A DNA stretch of 64,000 nt from an uncultured archaeon (GTDB lineage Archaea > Thermoproteota > Nitrososphaeria > Nitrososphaerales > Gagatemarchaeaceae). The translations under genes and the position numbers were made by a program. Of this stretch, positions 1 through 9,682 are shown piece after piece; the stretch's first letter is position 1; every line of letters starts with the position of its first letter. Location: positions 640,001-704,000 of the forward strand of contig CAWFOU010000001.1 of the NCBI GenBank assembly GCA_963817525.1. The letters are read 5' to 3'. The notes beneath the pieces were generated by a model, which worked only from the letters and a program-made list of their open reading frames with translations, was not told the origin of the DNA and made no database searches.

Positions 1-930
1 GCCGAGGCTGGCCTCGGCCAGTTCGCGGGCCTCTTGAACATCCAGAGCGCCCTCCTGGCGCTGGCCTTCCTTACCGTCTTCATGGCGCCCGTCGCGTACC
101 ACGCCGTCTCTCGACCTACCAGGTTGCTCCTCGCCGAGGGAGGCCTAGTGCTGGTGTTGGCGGTCGGAGTACTTGCCATCGGAACGCGCCTGACTTTGAT
201 TCCTACCGCTCCGGTCGTGACCCCGACTCTTCTGTACTCCGCGGTCCCCTACATACTGGGCGGCGTGCTCGCGATCTTCGGCTACCGCGTGATCCAAGCC
301 GGCAAAGACAGGGCAAAATTTGTTTTCGTGGCATCCTGGCTCTCGGCGCTCCTGGCCCTCGGATTCCTCGCTGTCTTCTCTGGCGTGCCGTACGGGCTGA
401 CCATCGTCTACAGGCTCCTCGCTTTCATGGGTCCGCCGGCAATCATCCTCGCTTCCTTGGCCCTTCAGAGGGTGCTCGGTGCCCCCAGCCACAGGGGACT
501 GCTCAAGGTCGTGGTCGTGGTGGTCATCCTGGCGATCACCATCCCGTCCGCCTACCAGACCTACGCGGCGTCGATCCAAAAGGAGAGCCTGCTGGGCGGG
601 CAGTGGGTATATCAGCAGTCAGACCTGAGCGGGGCGAGTTGGATAAGCTCGAACTCCGTCCCGGAGAACTTCACGTTGGCCGGCGACATCCGTATGCAGT
701 ACATCCTCACCGACTACTTTGGCGTCAACGTCAACGTCTCGAGCGGGTATCGCTATCTCGAAAGCCCGGACACGGCCGCCAGACCCGCGTATCTAGTCAC
801 TTACAGCCTCATGGCGAAGAACGGCTACGTCCAATCTCTCTACGGCGTCCAACTCCCGGGTAACTGGACCGAAGCCCTGACGCAGAATTCGCCGGTCTAT
901 TATGACAACGGGAACGTCGTCCTCTGGTGA
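1..930 (+). CDS. Multi-pass membrane protein, 5'-truncated (archaeal GT-C-like / DUF2206-type)
   Basis: Frame open from the window start; several hydrophobic helices, then a soluble tail ending YYDNGNVVLW like archaeal membrane glycosylation proteins. Confidence 0.55.
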   Translation, partial: AEAGLGQFAGLLNIQSALLALAFLTVFMAPVAYHAVSRPTRLLLAEGGLVLVLAVGVLAIGTRLTLIPTAPVVTPTLLYSAVPYILGGVLAIFGYRVIQAGKDRAKFVFVASWLSALLALGFLAVFSGVPYGLTIVYRLLAFMGPPAIILASLALQRVLGAPSHRGLLKVVVVVVILAITIPSAYQTYAASIQKESLLGGQWVYQQSDLSGASWISSNSVPENFTLAGDIRMQYILTDYFGVNVNVSSGYRYLESPDTAARPAYLVTYSLMAKNGYVQSLYGVQLPGNWTEALTQNSPVYYDNGNVVLW

Positions 931-934
931 TTCG

Positions 935-1603
935 ATGCCCATACTGACCCTCCGCGAAATCGGCAAAGAATACCCTGGAGAGAGGGTGGTCCTAAAAGGT
1001 GTCAACCTCGAGGTGCAGGCCGACGACTTCGTGGTCATCCGAGGGAGGTCGGGGATAGGCAAATCCACGCTCCTGAGGATCATGGGCCTTCTCGACGCGC
1101 CCACCTCAGGAAAGGTGCTGGTCGAAGGTCGCGACACCGGCGAGATGAAGGACCCTGAGCTATCAAGGATCAGGCTCACGACCTTCGGCTTCGTCTTTCA
1201 GCAGTTCAACCTGATCCCGAGCTTGACCAACGTCGAGAACGTGGAGCTGCCGATGCAGCTGGCCGGCCGCACGGGCGCGGATGACAGGCGGAAGAGGGCC
1301 CTCGCCCTCCTGCGCTCATTCGGCGTGGACGGCCTGGCCGCGAGATTTCCTGGCGAGGTCAGCGGGGGCGAGCAGCAGAGGGTCACCGTGGCGAGGGCGC
1401 TGGCGAACAGGCCTCAGCTAGTCCTCGCCGACGAGCCGACGGCCAGCCTCGACGAGGTCAACTCGGAGGCGATCCTCGGCCTCTTCAAGAAGATCAACGA
1501 GGAAAACCAAGTCGCGGTCGTGCTCACGACCACCAGCGACTCTGACAAGTTCCTGTCGACTCGCGAGCTGAGCATCAGCGATGGCACGCTACGCCAACTT
1601 TGA
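935..1603 (+). CDS. ABC transporter ATP-binding protein (LolD/MacB type)
   Basis: Walker A GRSGIGKST, signature VSGGEQQRV, Walker B VLADEPT; ATG at 935. Confidence 0.9.
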   Translation: MPILTLREIGKEYPGERVVLKGVNLEVQADDFVVIRGRSGIGKSTLLRIMGLLDAPTSGKVLVEGRDTGEMKDPELSRIRLTTFGFVFQQFNLIPSLTNVENVELPMQLAGRTGADDRRKRALALLRSFGVDGLAARFPGEVSGGEQQRVTVARALANRPQLVLADEPTASLDEVNSEAILGLFKKINEENQVAVVLTTTSDSDKFLSTRELSISDGTLRQL

Positions 1604-1753
1604 GGCGGATGTCGGACGCGCGCACGCCTCGACGCGCGTCTGCCCCACCCGGCCTGGGGTGAGCGCCCCATGTCAGACCCTCTCCGGCTTCATAATTGAT
1701 TTAACGGCGAGTAGACGAGTAGACACGAGCCAGGCATTGCCATCGATCAAGCC

Positions 1754-2335
1754 GTGTCCCCGCTCAGCAACAAGGGCGACACCCAGCGTGAAAGAGGTAG
1801 TGACGACTTGAGCCGTTCCCAAGCGAAGAGTCGGGCGCGGGGAGGCGCGGTCGTCTCAAAGGGCCCGGTCTTGCTCCTCCTGGCTTTCGTGGCCCTCAGC
1901 CTCTGCTCAAGGGCGGATGGCGCGGCGGCCATTACACAGACGCAGGTGTCGACCGCCAACAACGAAATCCAGTCCGCATTTGCGGCGGCGTACGGTGCGG
2001 AGAGGTCAGGCGGGAATGTCTCTTCGCTAGACGCGGAGCTGAACGGAGCGATACAAATGGTTCAGACGGCGGAGGCGGAGAACATGACCGATCCAGCCCA
2101 GGCCGCTGCCGACCTTCAGAACGCCACCACAGTCGCCCAGAGGGTGACAGCCGATTCTCCCTCGGTGGCGCAGGCGGGAAGCGCCGCCCGCCAGACGACC
2201 GAAGTCAGCTCGGTCAGCGCCGCTTTCGCTATCGTAGTGGTCGCGTCCCTGACATACGTTTTCGGAGCTCGGCTCTACAGGAAGGCTTGGCTTCGCCTTC
2301 ACAGAGAATACGTGGTGAGGCCCGCGAGTGGATAA
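1754..2335 (+). CDS. Membrane-anchored helical hypothetical protein
   Basis: Signal-like hydrophobic segment, Ala/Gln-rich helical region, C-terminal TM; overlaps next gene. Start uncertain. Confidence 0.6.
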   Translation: MSPLSNKGDTQRERGSDDLSRSQAKSRARGGAVVSKGPVLLLLAFVALSLCSRADGAAAITQTQVSTANNEIQSAFAAAYGAERSGGNVSSLDAELNGAIQMVQTAEAENMTDPAQAAADLQNATTVAQRVTADSPSVAQAGSAARQTTEVSSVSAAFAIVVVASLTYVFGARLYRKAWLRLHREYVVRPASG

Positions 2336-2804
2336 AGAAACCTCCAGCGTCGCGCTCGTATTGGTCACGGTCATCGCCATCTTCGCAGTTGTCGAGCCCA
2401 TCCTCCCCGCGAACAGCCAGCCCTTCTCGGAGCTCGGCATCTTGGGACCGAATCAGACGGTCGGCGGGTATCCGACGAGCGTGATAGCGGGGAGCCCGTT
2501 TCTCCTTTACGGTTACATCGGCAATCACGAGGGCGTCTCCAGCTACTACCAGTTCCTGGTCAAGGTGGGCAACGAGACCACTCAGATCAGCAACTCGACC
2601 TTCGCCCAGGCGCCGATTATCTTCACATACTCGCACGTCCTGGAGAACAACCAATCGACGACGTTCCCACTGAATCTGACCCTGGGGAGCCAGGGCACCA
2701 ACGTGAGGCTCATCTTTGAGCTGTGGTCCTACAATGTCACGACCTCGAGCTACGCCTATACCGGATTGTGGAACCAGCTCTTCTTGAACGTGACGGGCCG
2801 CTAG
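2328..2804 (+). CDS. DUF1616-like protein, extracytoplasmic half
   Basis: One TM then FSELGILGP...YPT...IGNHEG, resembling the C-terminal part of DUF1616. Confidence 0.7.
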   Translation: MDKETSSVALVLVTVIAIFAVVEPILPANSQPFSELGILGPNQTVGGYPTSVIAGSPFLLYGYIGNHEGVSSYYQFLVKVGNETTQISNSTFAQAPIIFTYSHVLENNQSTTFPLNLTLGSQGTNVRLIFELWSYNVTTSSYAYTGLWNQLFLNVTGR

Positions 2805-2818
2805 GGGTCGAGGCGAGA

Positions 2819-3430
2819 ATGAAAGCTCTACGGAAGACCAACACGCGCCGGGAACTCCCTGGCTTCGACCAGCTGACGGTAGAGAGGCTCGCGGGGAAGG
2901 AGGGAGTCCCGCTCCCGGTCCTCGTCGACGACCTCTCCAGAGACCTGGGCTACACCACCGATAAGGTGACCGAAGGGCTCATGAGGCTTCAATCGAGAAA
3001 GACGATCGTCATCACAGAAAAGGCCCCGCACGCATCCTTGGGGAGCTACGCCGTCTCCCCAGCCTCGATGTGGTTCTGGGCGGCGGTCGGAGTGACGTTG
3101 CTCTCCGTGGCCACGACCGTGGTCACTTCCGGTCTGGGCCTCTACCTCCGATACGCGTTCGGTGCTGTTTTCGTGCTGTTCCTGCCCGGCTACGCGCTGC
3201 TCGAAGCTCTCTACCCGAAGCGGGAGCTAGAAGAGCTGACGAGGTTCGCCCTATCGATAGGGCTGAGCCTCGCCCTTGTGCCTCTGACGGGGCTTGTCCT
3301 CAACTACACCCCCCTAGGGCTCAGGTTGCTCCCGGTGACCCTCTCCCTCTCCGGGCTGACCCTTGCACTCCTCGTTTTCGCGCTGATCAGGAAGCACGAG
3401 TACTACAGGCTGGCGAAGGGGATCCCATGA
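2819..3430 (+). CDS. DUF1616-like protein, membrane half with wHTH-like N-terminus
   Basis: FVLFLPGYALLEALYP...ALSIGLSLALVPLTGLVLNYTPLGLRL resembles the DUF1616 membrane part; ATG at 2819. Confidence 0.75.
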   Translation: MKALRKTNTRRELPGFDQLTVERLAGKEGVPLPVLVDDLSRDLGYTTDKVTEGLMRLQSRKTIVITEKAPHASLGSYAVSPASMWFWAAVGVTLLSVATTVVTSGLGLYLRYAFGAVFVLFLPGYALLEALYPKRELEELTRFALSIGLSLALVPLTGLVLNYTPLGLRLLPVTLSLSGLTLALLVFALIRKHEYYRLAKGIP

Positions 3431-3480
3431 GTACGCGCTGGTTGCTCGTCCCTGATGCGCTTCGCTGGCGGAGACCGTGA

Positions 3481-4209
3481 TTGGAACGCAACACAGTCAT
3501 CGGGTTGGACCTCCTGGTCATGGGGGTCATCATCACAGCGCTGGGGTTCTTTCTGGCCCAGAGCGTCCCAATAGCGTCGTTCGGCTTCGCCCTTCTGATC
3601 ATCGGAGCGCTCGTGGTGCTCATAGTCCCCGAGACGGTCCCCCACGACGCGTTCAAGGCACTGCTGAAGGACTCGATCCGGAACGTAGAGCTGATCCTCG
3701 AGGAGTCGGCTCTCAGGAATAAGGCCTACTTCATGCAGACGGAAGACGGCGAGGTACGGGCGTTCGTGCCCCTTTCCGAGACCGAGCGCAGCGTTAGCGC
3801 CGCCGGGCTTCTGGAGCTCGAGAGCTCGCCGAGGCGATTCATCGTCGATAAAAAGGGGATGAGGGGGCTGTTGGTGATCCCGCCCGGGAACGAGATTGTA
3901 CGATTGGCAAAGGTGCGCAAGGGGACAGACCTCGAGGACGCGCTCAGGTCGGTGCTTGTGGACTACTCGGACCTCGCCGGCGGGGTGCTCGCGACCGAAG
4001 AGGAAGGAGGGAGGGTGGCGAAGATACAGATAACGAAGCCGAGCCTCGGCTCCGATTCGCCCTACTTCAATGACTCTCTGGGGAGCCCGGTCAGCTGCGT
4101 CGCGTGCTGCGTCGCGGCCGTGGCCAAGGGCGACCCCGTAAGGTTGGTCGAGGAGAGATACGATCCCGCGTTCATCAGGCTCACTGTCCGGATCCTCGGG
4201 GGGACATGA
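3481..4209 (+). CDS. Membrane protein with two N-terminal TMs and a V4R-like C-terminal domain
   Basis: Two TM helices; soluble domain ending LGSPVSCVACCVAA; operon context. Confidence 0.55.
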   Translation: MERNTVIGLDLLVMGVIITALGFFLAQSVPIASFGFALLIIGALVVLIVPETVPHDAFKALLKDSIRNVELILEESALRNKAYFMQTEDGEVRAFVPLSETERSVSAAGLLELESSPRRFIVDKKGMRGLLVIPPGNEIVRLAKVRKGTDLEDALRSVLVDYSDLAGGVLATEEEGGRVAKIQITKPSLGSDSPYFNDSLGSPVSCVACCVAAVAKGDPVRLVEERYDPAFIRLTVRILGGT

Positions 4210-4464
4210 TTGGACTCAAGACAGCGTTTCGTCGTGATTTATGCCACGGTCGCCATGATACCCTTCACGATATTCACCTTCCTGAACACGAATAGCTTTG
4301 GGTTGTTCTTCAGCGCCTACACCCTAGAGTACTTCGCGCTCAGGCTAATGCTGAACCCGAGGATGAGGTTGAGGCTGGACGTTCTGGGACTGGCGCTCTT
4401 GGCTATCTTCGCCTATCTCCTCCTCTCGGGCGCCGCGGGCATCTTCGGTGTGAGCATCCCATGA
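4210..4464 (+). CDS. Small membrane protein
   Basis: 84 aa, about three hydrophobic segments, abuts both neighbours. Confidence 0.6.
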   Translation: MDSRQRFVVIYATVAMIPFTIFTFLNTNSFGLFFSAYTLEYFALRLMLNPRMRLRLDVLGLALLAIFAYLLLSGAAGIFGVSIP

Positions 4465-6350
4465 AGAGGTCCATGGAGCTGCTCACGGAGTCGGTCGTGA
4501 TAAGCGTGGTACTGATCCTAATCGTGCTGGGCGGCTCGATAACCACGAGCTCCGTGCCCTTGAGCTGGGGGGACAACCTCAACCCGAACCAGGTCGCTCG
4601 AGAGTCAGATTTGGACGCCCTCGCTTTGTATTATAACACCACCCTGACAGAGCTGGGGACGGGCCTCTTTGCCAACGTCTCGCTCCTCCTAAACTCCTTT
4701 CACTCGGTCAACATCCCCCCGGTGGTCAACCAGACTGCCCTAGCCGCAAACATTGACGTGGCGAGCATGAACACCTCCATCCCAAAGGCGTTCTCGCTCT
4801 TCGACGCGACCAGGCTGGCCATAGGGGCAAAGGAGTACGTGAACGCCACAGCGCTCGTGAACGAGGGGTGCGAAAACGAGGGCCTGGCCAGGCAGAGCCT
4901 CTCTGACTTCAACTCGACCCAGACACCCCGCTTATCGGCGCTTTCCGTCCCCAAGGATGACTATGCCCTCGGAGAGTCCCGAACGGCCGACGAGGTCTCA
5001 GGCCTCCTCGCGGAGTGCAACCTTCTCCGCAGCGAGCTTCCCACGGGCTCGGCCAACTTGACACTGTCGTCTCCGCAGAAATCTATCGAGACGGGAGAAA
5101 GTGTCGCCCTGGGCGCCACGCTGAGACTAGGCGGAGCGGCGGTGGGGGACCAGACCGCCCTGTTGTATCTGAACGGGAGCTATTTCGGCAGCATGGTCAT
5201 GAGCAGCGGCGGCATCTCCGAAGGGCAGGTCAGCATCCCATTCGTTTACAGGCACTTCGCGGTAGTCCAGGCGATCGTCGCGCCTAACGCGACCGCGGAC
5301 TTCGCGGGCGCCCGGTCCAACCTCCTCAATTTCACCATCTTGTTCAACTCTACGAGGATAGTGCTTGGTGACCCGACCGCTTATCTGCCCACCTTCAGCT
5401 TCGCTGTAAAAGGCAACCTCACGACCTTCGCGGGCGCCCCTCTGCCGGGCGCGACGGTGAGGGTCACGTTCATCGACGAGACGATGCTGACGAAGACAGA
5501 CTCCGCAGGCAGGTTCAACGCCAGCTTCATCGTGCCTGCGAACGCCACCGATGGGGTCCATGACGTATACGCGGCCTTCGCGCCGAAGGGTGTCTTCGGA
5601 CCCTCCACCAACTTCACGTCCATCGACGTCGTCCGCGATCCCCTAATCGTGAACCTGGTCGCGCCATCGCTGTCCTTCGCCGGGTTCGCCACGGCGATAT
5701 CCGGGACGGCGACCGCCAATGGCACGGCGGTCTCGAACGCGCTCGTCACCGTCGACACGCCGTGGGGGTCGGCCCGGGGCGTCACTGACGCAACAGGTCA
5801 CTTCAGGCTGGACTTCCAGGTCTCTCCCTTCGAGCTCCTCTTCGGCGCGCAGGTTACGGTGAGCGCGACCCCTCCGAAACCGTACATCAAAACCGGGTAC
5901 GCAAGCGCCCAACTGGGGCTACTCAACCCCCTAATCGTAATCTTGCCCCTCTTGTTCGTTAGCCTCGCGACGTTTGAAGCGAATCAAGTGCGCGAGTTCA
6001 AGAGGAGAGCTCCGAGGCAGGAGGCCGAGACCTTCCCCGATAGCCAGGAAACCGCCAAAGAGATCCCAAGGGTCCAGGACGAGGGGGGTCACGCGCTGCC
6101 GGAGATCCTGGCCTACTATATTGAGGCCGTCTCGCTCGCCAGCGCGCGCTTCGGCCTGGAGGTAGAAGAGAGCAAGACCGTCAGGGAGACGGCGAGGGAG
6201 ATAAGCGGGAGGGAGGCCTCGGTGGGCTCCGAGGCGTTCTCGCGCCTCATGTTGACCGTGGAGGACTACCTCTATTCCGCGAGCTTCGACTCGCGTCGTG
6301 TCCAGGCTGCTAAGATCGACCTGGACGCGGTGAAGGAGGCCTGGAAATGA
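4461..6350 (+). CDS. Large secreted/membrane protein with Ig-like repeats and DUF4129-like C-terminus
   Basis: Signal/TM, beta-rich T-D-x-x-G-x-F repeats, TM near residue 490, C-terminal SKTVRE helical domain; typical member of MoxR/DUF58 operons. Confidence 0.65.
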   Translation: MKRSMELLTESVVISVVLILIVLGGSITTSSVPLSWGDNLNPNQVARESDLDALALYYNTTLTELGTGLFANVSLLLNSFHSVNIPPVVNQTALAANIDVASMNTSIPKAFSLFDATRLAIGAKEYVNATALVNEGCENEGLARQSLSDFNSTQTPRLSALSVPKDDYALGESRTADEVSGLLAECNLLRSELPTGSANLTLSSPQKSIETGESVALGATLRLGGAAVGDQTALLYLNGSYFGSMVMSSGGISEGQVSIPFVYRHFAVVQAIVAPNATADFAGARSNLLNFTILFNSTRIVLGDPTAYLPTFSFAVKGNLTTFAGAPLPGATVRVTFIDETMLTKTDSAGRFNASFIVPANATDGVHDVYAAFAPKGVFGPSTNFTSIDVVRDPLIVNLVAPSLSFAGFATAISGTATANGTAVSNALVTVDTPWGSARGVTDATGHFRLDFQVSPFELLFGAQVTVSATPPKPYIKTGYASAQLGLLNPLIVILPLLFVSLATFEANQVREFKRRAPRQEAETFPDSQETAKEIPRVQDEGGHALPEILAYYIEAVSLASARFGLEVEESKTVRETAREISGREASVGSEAFSRLMLTVEDYLYSASFDSRRVQAAKIDLDAVKEAWK

Positions 6351-7396
6351 ACGTGGGCAGGCGGAATTTCGCCCGCACGTTGGCGGCCGCTGGAATAGTC
6401 GCGTTCCTCGCCTTCTTACTGCTCGTCGCATACGCTCCCGACGCGGTCCCGTACAGCCCCAACAACTATGGGTGGAATGGGATAGAGGGGGTCTCATCGG
6501 CTTACAACGTGGTCTTCGCAAGCTCGCTCGCATCCTTGCCGAGCGGACGGACCGTCCTGGTCGAGCTTCAGCCCACCACGAGCTTCAGCCCCAATGACGT
6601 GAAGGCGGTCGCCCGATACGTATCCGGCGGCGGAACCCTCCTGGTGGCGGACAGCTCGGGGGACGCCAATGGCCTTCTCCAGGGACTGGGGACCGGAATT
6701 ACCATCGAGGATCAGCTGGCGGTCAACGACCCCATCTACAATTGGAAGGCCCCCCAGCTCCCTGTAGCGCTGGCGATTCCGGGAAAGGCCTCGTCGTTCC
6801 CGTTCATGAAAGGAGTCCAGGAGATAGCCCTGAACGAGCCCAGCCCGTTGGGCTTGAGCCTCACGGAAAACAGCACCATCGCGATCACAAGCCCGATGAG
6901 CTTCGACGTGAACCGGACGGCCGAACAGACGGCCCTAGCAGCTTTAGGCGCCGCGCCTCCTGACGTCTCGACTGGCCAGTTTGCAATCGCAGCGGCGGAC
7001 AGGATGGGGAGCGGGACCATAGTCGTGGTCGGGGACTCGCAGCTACTGACGAACTCAGGTTGGAACGTCGCGGACAACAGGGTGTTGTTGAACAACCTCT
7101 TCGCGAACTCAACCGTGGTGATAGACGCCTCCCATTGGACGACCAGCCCCCTCACCAGTTCGACGGCCCAGCTGAAGGGTCACCTCTCCCAGGCATACCA
7201 GACGGCGTCAGCTTCGCCCATGAGGTACATCCTGACGGCCGGGTTCGTCGCGGTGAGCATCGCGCTCGTGCCTGAGGACGAGAAGAGACAGATGGAGGAG
7301 CCCGCGAAAATAGAAGAAGGCTCTACAAGCTTTAACAGGGAAGCCATGGATCGAGTAAGAAAGGACAGAGAGAGATATGCCGGGAAGCATGAGTAG
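6347..7396 (+). CDS. DUF4350-like protein
   Basis: YSPNNYGWNG, YVSGGGTLLVAD and GSGTIVVVGDSQLLTN motifs; directly upstream of MoxR. Confidence 0.75.
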   Translation: MNVGRRNFARTLAAAGIVAFLAFLLLVAYAPDAVPYSPNNYGWNGIEGVSSAYNVVFASSLASLPSGRTVLVELQPTTSFSPNDVKAVARYVSGGGTLLVADSSGDANGLLQGLGTGITIEDQLAVNDPIYNWKAPQLPVALAIPGKASSFPFMKGVQEIALNEPSPLGLSLTENSTIAITSPMSFDVNRTAEQTALAALGAAPPDVSTGQFAIAAADRMGSGTIVVVGDSQLLTNSGWNVADNRVLLNNLFANSTVVIDASHWTTSPLTSSTAQLKGHLSQAYQTASASPMRYILTAGFVAVSIALVPEDEKRQMEEPAKIEEGSTSFNREAMDRVRKDRERYAGKHE

Positions 7397-8309
7397 CCAG
7401 TTCGCGGAGGAGGTCTCTAAGAAGGTCATTGGACGGGAGGACGCTATCAAGCTGATGCTTGTCTCACTGCTGAGCCAGGGGCACGTGTTGCTGGAAGGCA
7501 ACCCAGGTCTCGGGAAGACGACGCTCGCCAAGGCATTCTCCGAGACCATTGGAGCTGAGTTCCACAGGATACAGATGACCCCCGACACCCTCCCCGCCGA
7601 CATCCTCGGCACGTATGTCTTCGACCAGAGGAACGCCAGCTTCGAGTTCCGAAAGGGGCCGATATTCGGGAATGTCATACTCGTGGACGAGCTCAACAGG
7701 GCGACCCCGAAGGCCCAAGCCGGCTTACTAGAGGCGATGCAAGAGAGGCAGGTGAGTCTCGAGGGGCAGACGATGAAGTTCGACGAGCCATTCATCGTCC
7801 TCGCTACCCAGGTCCCGTTCGGCAGCCCGGGGACCTATCCCCTCAGCGAGGTGCAGGCGGACAGGTTCGCTTTCTCCGTGTTTCTGGGCTATCCTTCGTT
7901 TGAGAACGAGCTGAAGATCATCGGCTCCATCGACGCCATCGAGCGGACCGAATGCGCGGAGGTCATGTCTTCGACCGATGTCCTGCGGGCCGTAGAGAGC
8001 GCCAAGGGCGTGTACGTGTCAGACCCCGCGAAGAAGTACATCATCTCGCTGGTGACAGAGCTGAGGAGGTCCCCCACGCTCAGGATACAGCCGAGCACGA
8101 GGGCGTCCATCGCGCTCATGAAGGGCGCGCGGGCCTTGGCCCTCATCGAAGGGAGAGACCACGTCCTCCCCGACGACGTGAAGTTTCTTGCCCCGTACGT
8201 CTTCCACCACAGGATCTTCCTCTCCTCTGAGGCGGAGGCCGACGAGGTCACGCCCCACAGCATCGTCGAGGGGGTATTGGAGAAGGTGCCGGTGCCGAAG
8301 GGAAGTTGA
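7377..8309 (+). CDS. moxR: MoxR family AAA+ ATPase
   Basis: GHVLLEGNPGLGKT, RIQMTPDTLPADILG, VDELNRATPKAQAGLLEAMQE, ADRF. Confidence 0.93.
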   Translation: MPGSMSSQFAEEVSKKVIGREDAIKLMLVSLLSQGHVLLEGNPGLGKTTLAKAFSETIGAEFHRIQMTPDTLPADILGTYVFDQRNASFEFRKGPIFGNVILVDELNRATPKAQAGLLEAMQERQVSLEGQTMKFDEPFIVLATQVPFGSPGTYPLSEVQADRFAFSVFLGYPSFENELKIIGSIDAIERTECAEVMSSTDVLRAVESAKGVYVSDPAKKYIISLVTELRRSPTLRIQPSTRASIALMKGARALALIEGRDHVLPDDVKFLAPYVFHHRIFLSSEAEADEVTPHSIVEGVLEKVPVPKGS

Positions 8310-9673
8310 AGCTAACCCGCAGGGGGATGGCGGTGTCGTTCGCCGCCCTTTCGCTCGTAATAGCTTCGGCGCTTTTCGAAGACTTGTTCGTCGGGGTCGC
8401 GCTGCTGGTCGCGCTCGTCCTCCTCGCCTTTGACGTCATATGGGTCGGGGTGGGGGCACGCGAGCCGGAAAGCCGCTACAGGCTCGTTAGGACGGAGACG
8501 GCCGAGACGGGAAGAAGCGGGGTTCCCCTTCGTCCTGGAGAGGAGTCTGCCGAACGTGTAAGAATGGTGAAAGCTGGAGGAAGCGTATGCTTCAGGCCAG
8601 GGCTCCAGTTCCTCTCGGTCGAGCCGTCCTCGATACCCCGGGGCAGAGGCGATTCGCAGTTGGAGTTCAAGTTCAAGTCCCCCTACGCCGGGGACTACCG
8701 AGTTGAATCAATCGGAATCGAGGTCATCGGGCCTCTGGGGCTGGCGTCGTCCGAGGGGACGATTGCCTTCAAGGCGAAGTACTCTGTGTTTCCGCACGTC
8801 GTCTCGGTGGCGGCCGCCAGTATCAACCTGTTCGGGAAAGGAGGGTTTGGCGGAACACCCGTCGACTTCCCAGGCGTCGGGACCGAGTTCTACGAGATGA
8901 GGGAATACCAGAGCGGGGATGACTACCGAGGCGTCAACTGGAAGGCCTCTGCTAGGAAGAGCCAGCTAATCGTCAACGAAAAGTTGAGGGAGGCGGGCGT
9001 AAGCTACCTGCTGGTCTTGGACGCCACGGCGCCTGGCTTTTTCGACGCCGACAGGCTGGCCTCGACGTTCCTCGCGCTAGCCAACAGCCTGGCGGCAGCG
9101 GGGGTAAACTTCGCGGTCCTGGTCCACGAGGGAGGGGAGGTCACGCGGGTGACCGAGGTAGAAGACCCGAGGAAGTCGCTCGCAGCCGCGCTGAAGGCCG
9201 CTCTGAGCTTCGCCGACCTGGACTCGGCGGGACTGGAAGAGCTGGTTCCGGTCCGGCCCGCCTCGGCTATGGCGTCGCTGGCCACGAAAGGTGATCCAAG
9301 CGCCTTCGCGCAGATCCCCCAGATGAGAGCGGCCGAAATCAGGTCAAAGTTTGAGAGGGCAGACGCCTGGAGGAGGATCCTAGACTTCGTTCGCGACGGA
9401 GAAACACAGAGCATCGTCTATGTTAGCGGGCTCTTCGGGGGCGTCGAGCCCCTTCTCGAGCTCGCTTGGAAGGCTAGGCGCCTGAGGGATGTTGACATCG
9501 TCGTCGCCGACCCGTGCGCGCCCTGGGTCCTCGAAGCGGACGAAGAGGCAGCGTACGCCACGTACCAAAGGCATCAGAAGAAGGCGAGGGCGCTGCGCGG
9601 GTCGAACATAGAGTGCTACACCGGGGATCCCACCCAGATATCGAGGTACGTCCTCTCCCGCCAGCCGGCGTAG
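8306..9673 (+). CDS. DUF58 (VWA-like) protein
   Basis: GTEFYEMREYQSGDDYRGVNWKASAR motif; follows MoxR. Confidence 0.88.
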   Translation: MKLTRRGMAVSFAALSLVIASALFEDLFVGVALLVALVLLAFDVIWVGVGAREPESRYRLVRTETAETGRSGVPLRPGEESAERVRMVKAGGSVCFRPGLQFLSVEPSSIPRGRGDSQLEFKFKSPYAGDYRVESIGIEVIGPLGLASSEGTIAFKAKYSVFPHVVSVAAASINLFGKGGFGGTPVDFPGVGTEFYEMREYQSGDDYRGVNWKASARKSQLIVNEKLREAGVSYLLVLDATAPGFFDADRLASTFLALANSLAAAGVNFAVLVHEGGEVTRVTEVEDPRKSLAAALKAALSFADLDSAGLEELVPVRPASAMASLATKGDPSAFAQIPQMRAAEIRSKFERADAWRRILDFVRDGETQSIVYVSGLFGGVEPLLELAWKARRLRDVDIVVADPCAPWVLEADEEAAYATYQRHQKKARALRGSNIECYTGDPTQISRYVLSRQPA

Positions 9674-9682
9674 CGGAAAGGG

